A DNA stretch of 64,000 nt from an uncultured Gemmatimonadales bacterium (GCA_963821525.1 CAWGED010000004.1:160001-224000); one strand, 5' to 3'. Positions 44,325 to 55,140 are shown, counted from the stretch's first letter. The notes: generated by a model from the sequence alone, not told the origin. Translations and numbers: made by a program.

Positions 44325-44897
44325 ATGACCATTCACCGTATCCGCATGCTGGGCGACCCGATTCTCCGCACCCGGTGCGAGCCGATCGCCAAGCCAGGTT
44401 CCGCCGCGGTTCGGGTGATCATCGACGACCTTCGGGATACCCTGCGCGATTTCCAGTCTCGGTTCGGGTACGGTCGGGCATTGGCCGCGCCGCAGATCGG
44501 AGCACCGGTCCGCATCGTCTTCGTGGAGATGGAGAAACCCTGGGCGCTGATCAACCCGGAGATCGTGGACGTCGACAACGAGGACTTCACCGTCTGGGAT
44601 GACTGTTTCTCGTTCCCCAACCTCCTGGTTCGGGTTTCACGAGCCTTCAGAATCAAGGTGCGGTATCAGGACGTGAAGGGAGAGTGGCAGACAGTTGACC
44701 TGGAGGGAGATCGCGCCGAACTCCTGCAGCACGAGATCGATCACCTCGACGGGGTCTTGGCGGTGGACCGGCCGCACGGACTCGATCCCTTCTGTCTCCG
44801 CGAGGAATGGAACCGGCAACATGCGCACGAGGGCCGCTACGGCGAGCCGGAAACCCGCAGTGAAAGCTACGCCGCGCCTTTGACCGGCTTGCTCTGA
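44325..44897 (+). CDS. def: Peptide deformylase (variant motifs)
   Basis: GDPILR, LAAPQIG, INP, DCFS, QHEIDHLDG. Confidence 0.85.
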   Translation: MTIHRIRMLGDPILRTRCEPIAKPGSAAVRVIIDDLRDTLRDFQSRFGYGRALAAPQIGAPVRIVFVEMEKPWALINPEIVDVDNEDFTVWDDCFSFPNLLVRVSRAFRIKVRYQDVKGEWQTVDLEGDRAELLQHEIDHLDGVLAVDRPHGLDPFCLREEWNRQHAHEGRYGEPETRSESYAAPLTGLL

Positions 44898-44917
44898 TTC
44901 GGTAACTCCGAAATACC

Positions 44918-45178
44918 CTACGACCCTCTCCGTCCCGATCCGGAGAGGGTCGCTTCGCTTTCAGGCACCGAGCGGCTGGAAAGCAGTCGCTCGGTGAAAT
45001 CCAGCCGGTTCTCCAACTCGGCGACCCGCGCCTGCAAATCGTCCACTCGGGGGTCTTCCCGTTCAACCACTCGTGGCTCGTTCCGTGGGCGGTAGTCCCA
45101 CCGGCGACGGAATCCGGAAAACAGAATGGCCACGATCACGATCCAGATCCAGGGGGGCATTCCGCTCCAGTCAGCCAT
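44918..45178 (-). CDS. Small single-TM coiled-coil protein
   Basis: GGAGG RBS; TM helix then RVAELENRLDFTERLL. Confidence 0.65.
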   Translation of the reverse strand: MADWSGMPPWIWIVIVAILFSGFRRRWDYRPRNEPRVVEREDPRVDDLQARVAELENRLDFTERLLSSRSVPESEATLSGSGRRGS

Positions 45179-45790
45179 CGGATTTCCCTCCTTCCTCCGA
45201 TCCAGGCCGTTCCGCGCCTGAGCTCCATGCGCGCTCGATATCCGCGGTGGCCTGACGCAGCACCTCGACCACGCGCTTGACTGCAGGATCATCGGCACTG
45301 CGGCGCCAGGCCCGGCTGAAGGTCACCGAGGCGAGCCGGCCAAAGGTAGCGCCTACTTCACCTAGTCCGCCCCCAGCCACGTCGCGAATGGTCTCACGAA
45401 CCCGCTCGAAGATTTCGTCTACTTCGTCACGGCGCGAATCAAGCAGAGCCTCACCTTCCGGAGTGATGCGATAGACTTTCCGGCCGTCTTCCTCCGATGC
45501 CTCGGATGTAATCCCTGGTCCTCGAGCAGTTGAAGGGTAGGGTAGACCGTGCCGGCGGACGGGGTGTAGCAGCCTCCGAACTTCTCCTCGAGCGCCTTGA
45601 TGATCTCATAGCCGTGTCGTGGCTTTTCACGGAGCAGCCGGAGGATGACGAACTTCATTTCCCCGGACTCGAACATCTGCTGGCGGCCCCCCCGCCGAGC
45701 GTGGTGCCAACCACCCCGCCACCAACCTCCCCAATTGGCCGGATCCAGCTCCTTGAAGTCGAAGTCCCAGTCTTTTCTATGCTTAGACAT
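45171..45790 (-). CDS. PadR family regulator, YqjI-like (frameshifted)
   Basis: ILRLLREKPRHGYEIIK...YTPSAGTVYPTLQLLED. Confidence 0.88.
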
Positions 45791-45824
45791 GCTCACCTCA
45801 CCAATTTCAGGCCGGTTGCAATCA

Positions 45825-45858
45825 CGCTATATCTTGCGATATGTCGTACGATATAGCG
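45825..45858. promoter_or_regulatory. 34-bp imperfect palindrome, probable PadR operator
   Basis: CGCTATATCTTGCGA-tatg-TCGTACGATATAGCG (13/15 symmetric) just upstream of the padR start. Confidence 0.6.
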
Positions 45859-46005
45859 CGGCTTCCTGTTTCGCCAGACGCTCTATCGATCCGGGGACCA
45901 GACTGGAGATTCGGGTGAGGATTTCCGGCGGCGCCCGATGACGGGGCAGGGGAGGAGACCGACATGGAGAGTTTGCGCCAGCCATCGCTGCCTCCCCAGA
46001 ATTCT

Positions 46006-46600
46006 GAAATGGCCAAGATGCCCCGAGCGGTCGTCCTGCTGCTGGTGACACTGCTGTTCCCGGTTGCGCTGGCGGGACAGGACTCTACCTGGCAGGCGAT
46101 AACGCCAGAGGGTGTAATCCGGGCGTCGGCTCTGGTCGATTCAGTCTTCGTGGACAAGCAGATCAACCGGGCTGCGGTGGGCGGTGGTGACTTCACGGCC
46201 TACCTCATGGCGCGGCTGGGCGTGAACCGCATCCCACCTGATTTCCAATACCGAGTGAGGGTAGATACCGCGCTTATTCACCTCGGCGGCCGGCTTGCTG
46301 ACCTTCCTGATGAAGCGCGATCGTCTCTCGGCCCGCTCGTGATGTTCCTGAAGCCAGAGACACGGCTATTGGCTGAGATCGACCTCCAGAGCGGCGGGAC
46401 CCCGGGCGGTGCATTTTCGGCTTCGGAGTGTGCTGATTGAGGGGGTGCCAGTACCAGAATCTCTGCTGCAACCGGTGATGGCCAGCGTGGGGGATCAGTA
46501 TCCTGCTCTTACCTCATCTGGTCGCGATCTCTACGTGGAAATTCCCGAGGGCGGGCGAATGGCACTGCGGCCGGACAGCGTCGCGCTGGCACTGCCATGA
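46006..46600 (+). CDS. Exported hypothetical protein (frameshifted)
   Basis: Signal peptide (VALAG-Q); ORFs 45964 and 46409 join. Confidence 0.55.
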
Positions 46601-46638
46601 GCCGCCATCTGGGGATTGCACTTCGGTGTCTCGAGGCG

Positions 46639-46665
46639 GAACTTCGCAGAGTAGTGCGCATCTGC
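46639..46665 (+). promoter_or_regulatory. Possible sigmaE-type ECF promoter
   Basis: GAACTT-N16-TCTGC ending ~30 nt upstream of ATG 46695. Confidence 0.3.
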
Positions 46666-46694
46666 CAACTCCTGTCACTGCCGGAGGCGGAATC

Positions 46695-47267
46695 ATGCTT
46701 ACGCTACTGACGCTTCTGCTCGCGACGCCGGTCTCGACGCTGTCGATTGCCGATTCGGTTCAGAGCCTGAGCGGAGTCACCATGCCGGAAACGGTCACCG
46801 TGAACGGGACCGAGCTGGTGTTGAACGGCATGGCGCTTCGCAAGAAAATGGTATTCAAGGTCTATGTCGCTGGACTCTACCTTCCAGCCCGGAACTCTGA
46901 CGCCGAGACCATCCTTGGCGCCGACGCTCCACGGCAAATCGTCCTGCACTTCCTCCGCGGGGTGGACAAGGGGAAGATGTGCGACGCCTGGGAGGAGAGC
47001 CTAAAGAACAACAGTCCCGACGCTTCGGCAGATTTGAAGGAGAAATTCACGACGTTGTGCAGCTACATGGATGACGTCGATAAAGACCAGCAGATGATCT
47101 TCACCTATCTGCCGGAACAGGGCACTTCGATCGAAGTCAACGGAGCAGCTAAGGGAACGCTGGAGGGGAAGGAATTCGCCGACGCCCTGTTCCGTTCATG
47201 GATCGGCCCTAAGCCGGGGCCCGGAGAGGACTTCAAGAAGAAACTGCTCGGGCAGAAGAAGGACTGA
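46695..47267 (+). CDS. Exported chalcone isomerase-like protein
   Basis: LVLNG.ALRKK..FKVYVAGLYL, FADALFRSWIG..P. Confidence 0.88.
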   Translation: MLTLLTLLLATPVSTLSIADSVQSLSGVTMPETVTVNGTELVLNGMALRKKMVFKVYVAGLYLPARNSDAETILGADAPRQIVLHFLRGVDKGKMCDAWEESLKNNSPDASADLKEKFTTLCSYMDDVDKDQQMIFTYLPEQGTSIEVNGAAKGTLEGKEFADALFRSWIGPKPGPGEDFKKKLLGQKKD

Positions 47268-47281
47268 GGCGGAGTCGCGTT

Positions 47282-49337
47282 TTAGTAGCGTTGACCGATC
47301 CTTACGAAGAACTGGTCCCGATCTTCGGTGTTCCGGCCGTATTCAACCCGAACGTCGCCGATCGGAGTGTCGAGCCCCAAGCCGACCCTTCCACCACCGA
47401 GCCAATTCCCCTGAGGGAGCCCACCGTCCGGGGCGGACACCTGCCCCGTCGCTCCCTGAAGCCGGAGACTGAAGGGACCGATCAATTTTTCATAGGCGGT
47501 CAGGCGAAACATCAGGACGCATTGGCCTCGACGCTCCCCGATATGGAACCCGGGGAATCCGTCGTAGCCACCAAGCATGATGGTCAGATGAGGGGGCAAG
47601 GCATCCCCGATGCCGTATTGCACCTCCGGAATCAGGTTCAGAGCCCCAATCTTGAATCGCTGCTTCGCGTCGAGGGAAAACCGGGTATATCCGGAGGTCC
47701 AGGTGAACTCGCCGAAAGCTCCCGATGGGCGGTATCGGGGCCCCGAAGCGAAGTACATCTCCAGGCCTGCGCCCGAGGGCTCGGGAACGTCCGCGTCTCC
47801 CACGTACCCGGTGCCTCCGAGTCCTAGTACTCCGCGACCCCCGAACTCATGCTCCAGCCCCAAAAAGCCTCTGACTTCCCGATCACGGACTGAAGCCTGT
47901 CTTACTCCGCTGGAATCGTAGAGGCGGACCGATTCACCCTCGATCTTGACCGAGAGTACGGGACGCACCAGGCGGTTACCAACGACTGCTGGACGCAGCG
48001 CTGCATTAACACCTTGCCGCAGCTCGTCGAGATTGATGATCGCGGATCCCTCGATGCCGGAAAGCGTCGCACCCCGATCCAGCAGTCCGACCCAGGCCCT
48101 CCCGCCGATGTCACTGTCATAGTCGATTCCGAGCGCCGCAAGACGGGGCGGGGCCGGTCGGATCAGCAGGTTGAGCGACAGCGAATCCTGGTGACCGGAC
48201 GGGTTGAGCCACACCTCCTCGAAGTTGTCGAGGTTGGCGAGATCCTGAAGCCCTTTCCGCAGATCGGAGACGCTGACCCGGTCTCCTTGCGAGAGGCCGA
48301 GTCTCTTCTCCAAGGCGGCCTTCTCGACCGGGGTCGCGTTCTCGGTTGTGACCTTGTCGAGCTTGAATTGCCGAAGCGGCGGGACCGGTGACGGAGGCCC
48401 GGATGCTGCCGCAACCCATTCCGCCGAGGACCTGAGCCGCAGCCCGGTATCCATGCGCGATGAGCGAATCCATCTTGTTCTCGGAAAAATCCAGCGCCGC
48501 GAAGTCCTGGACTTCGGGAACGATGAGCCGGTCTTCCGCGTGCAGGGAATCGGTTGCCTGGCTGAAGAGAAAGCCGACCAGCTGATCGATGAGCACGAGA
48601 GGTGAAGCCAGATTCACCGAGTCTCCCTCGTGCCAACCTACATCCGAGATGACGAGCCGACTCGCTCCCTCGGCGCGAGCCGCTCCTACCGGAATGTTTG
48701 CCACCAGGCCGCCGTCTCCGAGCACTACGCTATCGATCGTCTGGGGGTGAAAGACGAGCGGGATGGACATGCTGGCCCGGACGGCGTGGGCCAAGTCCCC
48801 GCTGCGGAGGACGACAGCTTTGCGATTGGTCAGATCGGTTGCGACTGCGCGGAACGGAATGGCGAGAGAATCGAAGTCCCCCCTCGCCATGAGGTTGCCC
48901 CGTAGGAGTGCGGCATTCAGCTTCGAATTGAGGGCCACTTCCTGCACCGCCGGCTGACGAAACTCGAAGCGTCCCTTCCCCTGTTCCCACATGAGAAGAG
49001 GCTGCTCGGTGCCGATTGAGCGTGGTGCTCGCGGCTGGTCACGGCGGAAAACATCCTGAATCAGAAGGGCGCGGGCGAGGGAGTCGATCGCGTGACCGTG
49101 ATAGCCACTGGAGTAGAGGGCCCCGACAATCGAACCCATGCTGGTGCCGACCACCAGAGTAGGACGAAGGCCAAGGCTGTCGAGCACCTCGATGACGCCG
49201 ATGTGCGCCAAACCTTTTGCCCCGCCCCCGGAGAGGACCAGGGCAAAGGGTGGGGGGCTGCAGTCTTGGGCTTGAAGCGGAGGAATTGGGGTGCCGAGCA
49301 GGCCAATCGCACTTGCCACGGCTAAGCGTAACCTCAT
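47282..49337 (-). CDS. Patatin-POTRA-beta-barrel protein, PlpD/type Vd-like (frameshifted)
   Basis: [22 protein letters not shown]-terminal LDTPIG.VRVEYG...FFVRIGQRY. Confidence 0.85.
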
Positions 49338-49461
49338 GGGCCAGAATATAATGCTCGCCCCCCTTGCGTCGGTTCAGAGCACTCGTGATACTTGGCTTCC
49401 TGCGAAGGGAACAGCTGCTATTTGGCCGGTTTCGCCGGCTGGAATCCGGGAGGTCGGTGAA

Positions 49462-49725
49462 ATGACATATGTGATCGCCGAGGCCTGCATCGGCGTGAAA
49501 GACCGCGCCTGTGTAGACGTGTGCCCCGTCGACTGCATCTATGAAGGGGAGGATCAGCTTTACATCCACCCCGACGAGTGCATCGACTGCGGGGCATGCG
49601 AACCGGAATGCCCGGTGAACGCAATATTCCCGGAAGAGGATGTCCCGGCCAATATGGTGGCCTATATCGAGAAAAATCGCGAGGTCTTCGGCAGCGAAAC
49701 CCCGCCCGGCCGGCCGAAGCGATAG
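49462..49725 (+). CDS. 7Fe-type dicluster ferredoxin
   Basis: [17 protein letters not shown]...[12 protein letters not shown]. Confidence 0.93.
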   Translation: MTYVIAEACIGVKDRACVDVCPVDCIYEGEDQLYIHPDECIDCGACEPECPVNAIFPEEDVPANMVAYIEKNREVFGSETPPGRPKR

Positions 49726-49775
49726 GCCCAACCTCTCAGCCGGTAGGCTGGCTTTATCGCCAGCTCCAATTGAAG

Positions 49776-49807
49776 CGACCCTCCCCGGATTCCGTGGAGG
49801 GTCGTTT
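49776..49807 (+). terminator. Terminator after ferredoxin
   Basis: CGACCCTCC.CGGA-t-TCCG.GGAGGGTCG followed by TTT. Confidence 0.65.
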
Positions 49808-49839
49808 GATATCGGAACGCCGGTATGTGATCCTGGCTA

Positions 49840-49948
49840 CAAAGAGAGGCGGCCCCGGGATCGTACTGCTTTGGCCGCGACCCCGGAGCCGTTCATGGAA
49901 GGACATCAACCGGCGGGGTTGCAGCGATTGCCGCGTCCGTCCGCCGTA
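49840..49948 (-). ncRNA. Candidate small regulatory RNA
   Basis: ECF-like promoter upstream; hairpin, then UCCUUCC linker, then terminal hairpin followed by CUCUCUUU. Confidence 0.5.
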
Positions 49949-49952
49949 CATA

Positions 49953-49981
49953 TAGACGTCTGAAACCGCCAAATGGTTTCA
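49953..49981 (-). promoter_or_regulatory. ECF sigma-type promoter TGAAAC-N17-CGTCTA
   Basis: Minus strand tgaaac catttggcggtttcaga cgtcta. Confidence 0.5.
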
Positions 49982-51208
49982 TGGCCGTGCGAGTGACGCT
50001 CCTGGCGACAGGCTGCGCAAAAACTCCACTACCAACGCCGTGGCCTCAGGAGCCCGTTCGAGCGGAGTCAGATGACCGGCGCCTGACACGATGGCCAATC
50101 TGGCTCCTGGAATTCCATCCGCGATGATTTTCGCAGAATCCGGAGTGGTCAGCTGATCCTCTGCACCGACCACCACCAGGGTAGGAATCCCGGAAAGTTC
50201 CTTGAGCAACGGCGTGCTGTCCGGACGGTCGCGCATGGCTCCGAGCGCCCCGAGTATGCCGGCCACTTCCATGGACGCCATCATTTTTCGCACTTGCTCA
50301 GCCAACGCGGGGTTTTCCCGAAGGGTGCTGGGGGAGAGCATCTTCGGCAGCATGGCATCGGCTATCGCCTCTGCTCCGCCCTCACGCGCCTGAGCCATCG
50401 CCACATCTCGGGCGCGTTTGCCTTCGGGAGAATCCGCTTCGGCGCGAGTATCCATCAAGATCAACCCTCGAATGCGACTGCGGGCGCGGCGAAGCAATTC
50501 AAAGGCGATGTATCCCCCCATGGATAGGCCGCACAATACAACCTCCTTGCGACCGAGCGTGTCCAGCAACGCGAGCAGGTCTTCGGCGTAGGTCGCCATG
50601 CTGTAACCCAGGTCCGGCGCATCGGATTGCCCCATGCCGCGAAGGTCCGGCACAATCCGCATCCAGTCTTCCAAGGCCGCAACCTGCGCCTGCCAGATCG
50701 AATGATCGAGCGGGTAGCCGTGAATAAAGAGGATGGCCGGGCCGGTTCCCTTGATTTCAACGCCCAGGTTGACGCCGTTCACCGTGAGCCGCCGCAGGGT
50801 TCCACCGGGCGAGCGTTGATTCATGAACTGCTCCCAGCCGGCCGGAACCGCGACCGGACCTCCGTCCCGATCTACACAAACGAAGATGAATTCCGCGGTC
50901 GCTATGAGGGCATCTCCCTGGACCCGGCGCGCGGACTGGCGCAGCGTGAAGCTGGTGTGTCCAACATGGAGCAGTGTGGTCTGGAACCGGAGAACGTCGC
51001 CCGGAAACGCCGGCGCATGATATTCGATTTCTGCCTTCCGCACCGCGGGCCAGGCCGCCGAGCGGGTGAAGAAATCCATCCCGGGGCCGCGAGCAAGCAT
51101 CTCCCAGCGGGCTCGTTCGAAGAGACTGAGGAACGAGGCCTGGTTGAGGTGGCCGAAGGAATCGCAGTCGTCGGGATAGACCGTCAGGTCAACGTCGGGT
51201 GGGGCCAC
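49979..51208 (-). CDS. 4HBT/YbgC-type thioesterase joined to alpha/beta hydrolase
   Basis: DCDSFGHLN...FERAR; HGYP, DLRGMG, GLSMGG, GH. Confidence 0.8.
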   Translation of the reverse strand: MAPPDVDLTVYPDDCDSFGHLNQASFLSLFERARWEMLARGPGMDFFTRSAAWPAVRKAEIEYHAPAFPGDVLRFQTTLLHVGHTSFTLRQSARRVQGDALIATAEFIFVCVDRDGGPVAVPAGWEQFMNQRSPGGTLRRLTVNGVNLGVEIKGTGPAILFIHGYPLDHSIWQAQVAALEDWMRIVPDLRGMGQSDAPDLGYSMATYAEDLLALLDTLGRKEVVLCGLSMGGYIAFELLRRARSRIRGLILMDTRAEADSPEGKRARDVAMAQAREGGAEAIADAMLPKMLSPSTLRENPALAEQVRKMMASMEVAGILGALGAMRDRPDSTPLLKELSGIPTLVVVGAEDQLTTPDSAKIIADGIPGARLAIVSGAGHLTPLERAPEATALVVEFLRSLSPGASLARP

Positions 51209-52220
51209 AGAAACTCCGCGGTGACGCGAGCTCGGCGCAGCAGAGGGGTGTCTTCCGGAGCAATCGCAATCTGGGGGTCAAAGGTATTCCAGAAACAGGG
51301 TGCGTGGTAGGAACCTCGCAGAGTGCCACGAGGGCCGCGAAGGTCTTTGCCCCGTAGGTCTGCTCCAACGCCAGGTTGTAACCCGAAACCCGTTGCGCCG
51401 CCGCTCGCGCCGCGGGAGTTGGCGACCCGTACCCGCCGCCCAGGAAACTGGTGAGCACTCTGGTTCGAGCAGAACCGGGGCGCACCTCGAGGCCCGCGTT
51501 CCTTAGCAACCTTCTTGTGCCGGCCACCAGCCGGTCGACCTGCCAACGATTCGCCACGATGGGGTCCGCGACCCGAACCCCACAAAGTGTCACGTCTTGA
51601 CCGGCAATCCAGGAGCCGAGGACCAATCCTGCGATAGTTCCACCGCTGCCCAGGGGGGCAACGATCACGTCGGGTTTCGGGACCTCGCCCGCTCTCACCT
51701 GCTCCCAGAATTCCAGAGCCGCGTTGACTCCGCCGAGAACCCCCAGAGGATTGGCACCGCCTGCCGGCACCCAGGCCGGCCGTCCGAAGCGGGACGCGTG
51801 TCGCCAGGCTCGGATTACCGCGAACGGCAATTTCCACTTTGCATCGGCAAGAAATACTCGCGCGTGGCTGGCGGTCGCGGCCAGCGTACCCGGAACACTC
51901 CCGACCCAGGGCTGCGGAAAGAGGCCGACCGCCACCTTCTGTTGCCGGCGCTGGGCGTAGAAAGAGAGTGCGGCGACGTATGTCGATCCGTAGCCGCCCA
52001 TCGATACAATCCACGACCCGGCACCGGGAAGAATCCATTCGAGCGCCCGCAGCTTGCTTCCGCCCGGACCGTCGAGCGCACTCTTGTCTTCGCGCTTTAT
52101 CGAGAGCGAGGCGAATCCCAGTTCGCGGGCGAGCTCGGGGTGAGTCTCGACCGGGGTGGGGAACCGCCCCAGCGCAACGCGGGGGATCGCGACCCCGAGG
52201 CGCTTCTCTAGAGGAAGCAT
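51189..52220 (-). CDS. D-cysteine desulfhydrase/ACC deaminase-like PLP enzyme
   Basis: FPTPV, IKRED, GGSKLR, VPAGG, GSGGT.AGL, GYG; end probably frameshifted. Confidence 0.8.
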   Translation of the reverse strand: MLPLEKRLGVAIPRVALGRFPTPVETHPELARELGFASLSIKREDKSALDGPGGSKLRALEWILPGAGSWIVSMGGYGSTYVAALSFYAQRRQQKVAVGLFPQPWVGSVPGTLAATASHARVFLADAKWKLPFAVIRAWRHASRFGRPAWVPAGGANPLGVLGGVNAALEFWEQVRAGEVPKPDVIVAPLGSGGTIAGLVLGSWIAGQDVTLCGVRVADPIVANRWQVDRLVAGTRRLLRNAGLEVRPGSARTRVLTSFLGGGYGSPTPAARAAAQRVSGYNLALEQTYGAKTFAALVALCEVPTTHPVSGIPLTPRLRLLRKTPLCCAELASPRSFCGPTRR

Positions 52221-52410
52221 GAGAGAGACGTATTGACTGCGAGCGACACGGGCGACGCGTCTCCAATTGCAGAATGATGGTGATGCGCCCAATCTTCACC
52301 CGGCGATTTGCTATCGGCAATCTCTCACCGGGTTCACTCCATGAGGCCCATCTCCTGATGCTCGACCAGCGGCGAGTGCGATACGTCCCACCCGCGGTGT
52401 GGGCCCACAC

Positions 52411-53570
52411 GTGAGCGACACCGGCAGCGAGGCTCCGGCCATCAACCACATTCTCACCGGGCAAGCTTTCGACACGCTGATTGGACGATTCCAGGAAGCG
52501 CCTCTGCTGGCGGTTGATACCGAGGCCGCGAGCTTCCACCGCCACAAGGACCGGATCTACCTGATCCAGCTCTCCTCCCGAGACGAGACGGCAGTGGTCG
52601 ATCCTCTCGCGGTTCACGAATTGAGCGGCTTGGGCACGTTACTGAGCAACCCCGCGATCGAGAGTCATCTTCCACGACGCCGACTACGACCTGCGCATTC
52701 TGGATCGGGACTACGGGTTCCACGCGGTCAACCTGTTCGACACGAGAATCGCGGCACAACTGCTGAACGAGCCAGGGATCGGACTCGCCGCACTGCTCGA
52801 GAAATATGTCGGCGTGAAGCTGGACAAGCGTTTCCAGCGAGCCGACTGGTCGGTCCGTCCGCTCAAGCCCGGCATGCTGCAGTACGCCGCGGACGATACC
52901 CGGTTCCTCCCGGTCCTGCGTGATTTGCTCAAGGAGCGACTGCTCGCCGCGGAGCGCTGGAGCTGGGCCAAGGAGGAGTTCGAGCTGCTGGAAGGAGTAC
53001 GCTGGAACGCGGGAGGACCTCCGGGGGAAGCCTATCTGCGGATGAAGGGCGCCCGGACACTCAAAGGACGGCAACTTGCCGTTCTTCGCGCCTTGTTCGA
53101 TTGGCGGGAGCGCATCGCCGCGCAGCTGGATCGCGCACCATTCCGGATCGTTCACAACGACACACTGCTGACGGTCGCGAAGGCCCAACCGCGCAGCCCG
53201 GCCGCCCTTCAGGAGGCGGCACGCCTTTCCCCTGACTTGCTGCGCCGTTGGGGAGAAGGGATTCTCGACGCGGTGGAGAGCGGGCTCGCGGCGCCGCAGA
53301 GTTCGATTCCGGTTTTCGAGCGTAGCCGGAGACCACCACCCGACCCGGAACGGGACGCCCGACTCGAAAGACTCAAGGCCGCGCGCAACGCTATCGCGCA
53401 GCGACTGGATCTGGCGCCGGGCGTGTTAGGCGCGAATGGTCTGCTCGAGGCGATAGCGAATCAGAATCCCGACCGGCGCGGAGGAGCTGGAGGCGATTCC
53501 TGACATGCGACGCTGGCAACGGGAGGTGCTGGGAAAGGAACTGATCGAAGCGGCAAAGGCTACTTCATGA
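52411..53570 (+). CDS. rnd: Ribonuclease D (frameshifted)
   Basis: AVDTE, LIQL, DWS.RPL, YAADD, HRDC (WRE..A..D). Confidence 0.9.
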
Positions 53571-53583
53571 GGTTTGACCTGGC

Positions 53584-53883
53584 TCACCCTCCAAGCAAGG
53601 TCCGCAGCCTGGGGTCCATCTTCTCGGGAGTCCAATAGGGTTCCCAGACGATTTCGACCTCCGCCGAGCGAACTCCCTCGACATCTTCCACCGTCCGCTT
53701 TACGTCGCCCACAATTTCGGGACCCGAGGGACAGCCCGGTGAGGTGAGGGTCATGTTCACGTGCACGTCGCCCTCGTCGCTGACCGTAATGTCGTAGACC
53801 AGCCCGATGTCGATGATGTTGAGGTTCAGCTCCGGATCTTTGACGGCGCGCAGCGCCTTCCGGACCGTGTCTGCATTGACCAT
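53584..53883 (-). CDS. DUF59/SufT-like Fe-S maturation protein
   Basis: DPEL..NIIDIGLVY, MTLTSPGCP, WEP.W. Confidence 0.9.
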   Translation of the reverse strand: MVNADTVRKALRAVKDPELNLNIIDIGLVYDITVSDEGDVHVNMTLTSPGCPSGPEIVGDVKRTVEDVEGVRSAEVEIVWEPYWTPEKMDPRLRTLLGG

Positions 53884-53940
53884 CTGCAATCCTCCTGAGG
53901 AGGAAAGCTACCGGTCCCGACGGGAGAGCGTCAACCGCGC

Positions 53941-55140
53941 TCAACAGGAGGGCTGAATTCGATCGGAGCAGGCACCAGGGACGGCTCGCACCGTGGCGTC
54001 GGCAAGACGGGCGCGAACCGCTCGCAGCTCGGAGATCGAGCGACCTACCCGTGGATCGTAGGCCCGATTGGTGAGAAAGATCAGAAACACGTCCCGGACG
54101 GGATCGAGCCACAATTCGGTCCCGGTCCAGCCGGTGTGGCCGTATGTGGAATCGGTGAAGAGTGTGCCTGCCGCGACCGGCTCTTTTCCTGGTGGATCCC
54201 GCCGCTCCCACCCGAGGAGCCGGTTTCCGCTCGAGGCGCCCGGCTGGAGAAACCGTCGGATCGTGACCGCTTCGAAGACTCGGCGGTCACCCATGCTCCC
54301 CTCGGAGAGCCAGAGGCGGGCGTAGCGGGCCAGGTCCGTTCCCGTCGAGAAGGCCCCTGCGTGGCCGGCGACCTCGCCGAACCGTACCGCGTTCTGGTCG
54401 TTGACGACCCCCCGCGAGGGATGGCCATGCCAGACCCCGGTAGGTACCACGGATTCGTAGAGCGAGCGGGGAGGCGTGAACATCGTCCGCGACATCCCCG
54501 CGGGAGCAAAGACTTCTCGAGTTGCGAACCGATCAAGCGGCTCTCCCGCAACCCGATCCACCAACAGACCCAGGAGGAGAAAGTTGAGGTCACTGTACTC
54601 CGCACTCTTCCCGGGCGGACGGCGCAGCGGTTCGGCGTAGAGCAGCGCAATGGCACTGTCCCGAGTTGGCGCCAGACGAAAGAACTGGACGTAACTCCGC
54701 AGCCCGCTGGTGTGGTCCAGCAGCATACGGACGGTCACCTCGCCCTTTCTGCCCCCGGTGAAGCGAGGCAGGTACGAGACGACCGGTCGGTCCAGATCAA
54801 CCTTCCCCTGCTCCACCAGCCGCATTACCGATGGAGTCGTGGCGGTGACCTTGGTGAGCGAGGCGAGATCCCAGATCGTGGAATCGGGCGAGGGAACCGG
54901 AGATTTCGCGTCCCAGGTGAGGTGGCCGTAGCCTCGGCTGTACAGCACCGATCCCCGACGACCGACGACGACGACGGCGCCGGGATAGATGCCCCGCTCG
55001 ATGCCGGCTTCAACGATCTCATCCAGCGAAGCGAATTGCCCAGCCAGTGGAGGAATGTGAGGCGAGGGTCGAGGGAAGTAGGCGAGGAGACTGAGCGAGA
55101 GAAGTCCTAGTGGGATGGTACCGCGCCAGTGCCGCTTCAT
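53941..55140 (-). CDS. Serine hydrolase, beta-lactamase class C-like
   Basis: LASLTK, LLDHTSG, YSD, GHTGWTG. Confidence 0.88.
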   Translation of the reverse strand: MKRHWRGTIPLGLLSLSLLAYFPRPSPHIPPLAGQFASLDEIVEAGIERGIYPGAVVVVGRRGSVLYSRGYGHLTWDAKSPVPSPDSTIWDLASLTKVTATTPSVMRLVEQGKVDLDRPVVSYLPRFTGGRKGEVTVRMLLDHTSGLRSYVQFFRLAPTRDSAIALLYAEPLRRPPGKSAEYSDLNFLLLGLLVDRVAGEPLDRFATREVFAPAGMSRTMFTPPRSLYESVVPTGVWHGHPSRGVVNDQNAVRFGEVAGHAGAFSTGTDLARYARLWLSEGSMGDRRVFEAVTIRRFLQPGASSGNRLLGWERRDPPGKEPVAAGTLFTDSTYGHTGWTGTELWLDPVRDVFLIFLTNRAYDPRVGRSISELRAVRARLADATVRAVPGACSDRIQPSC

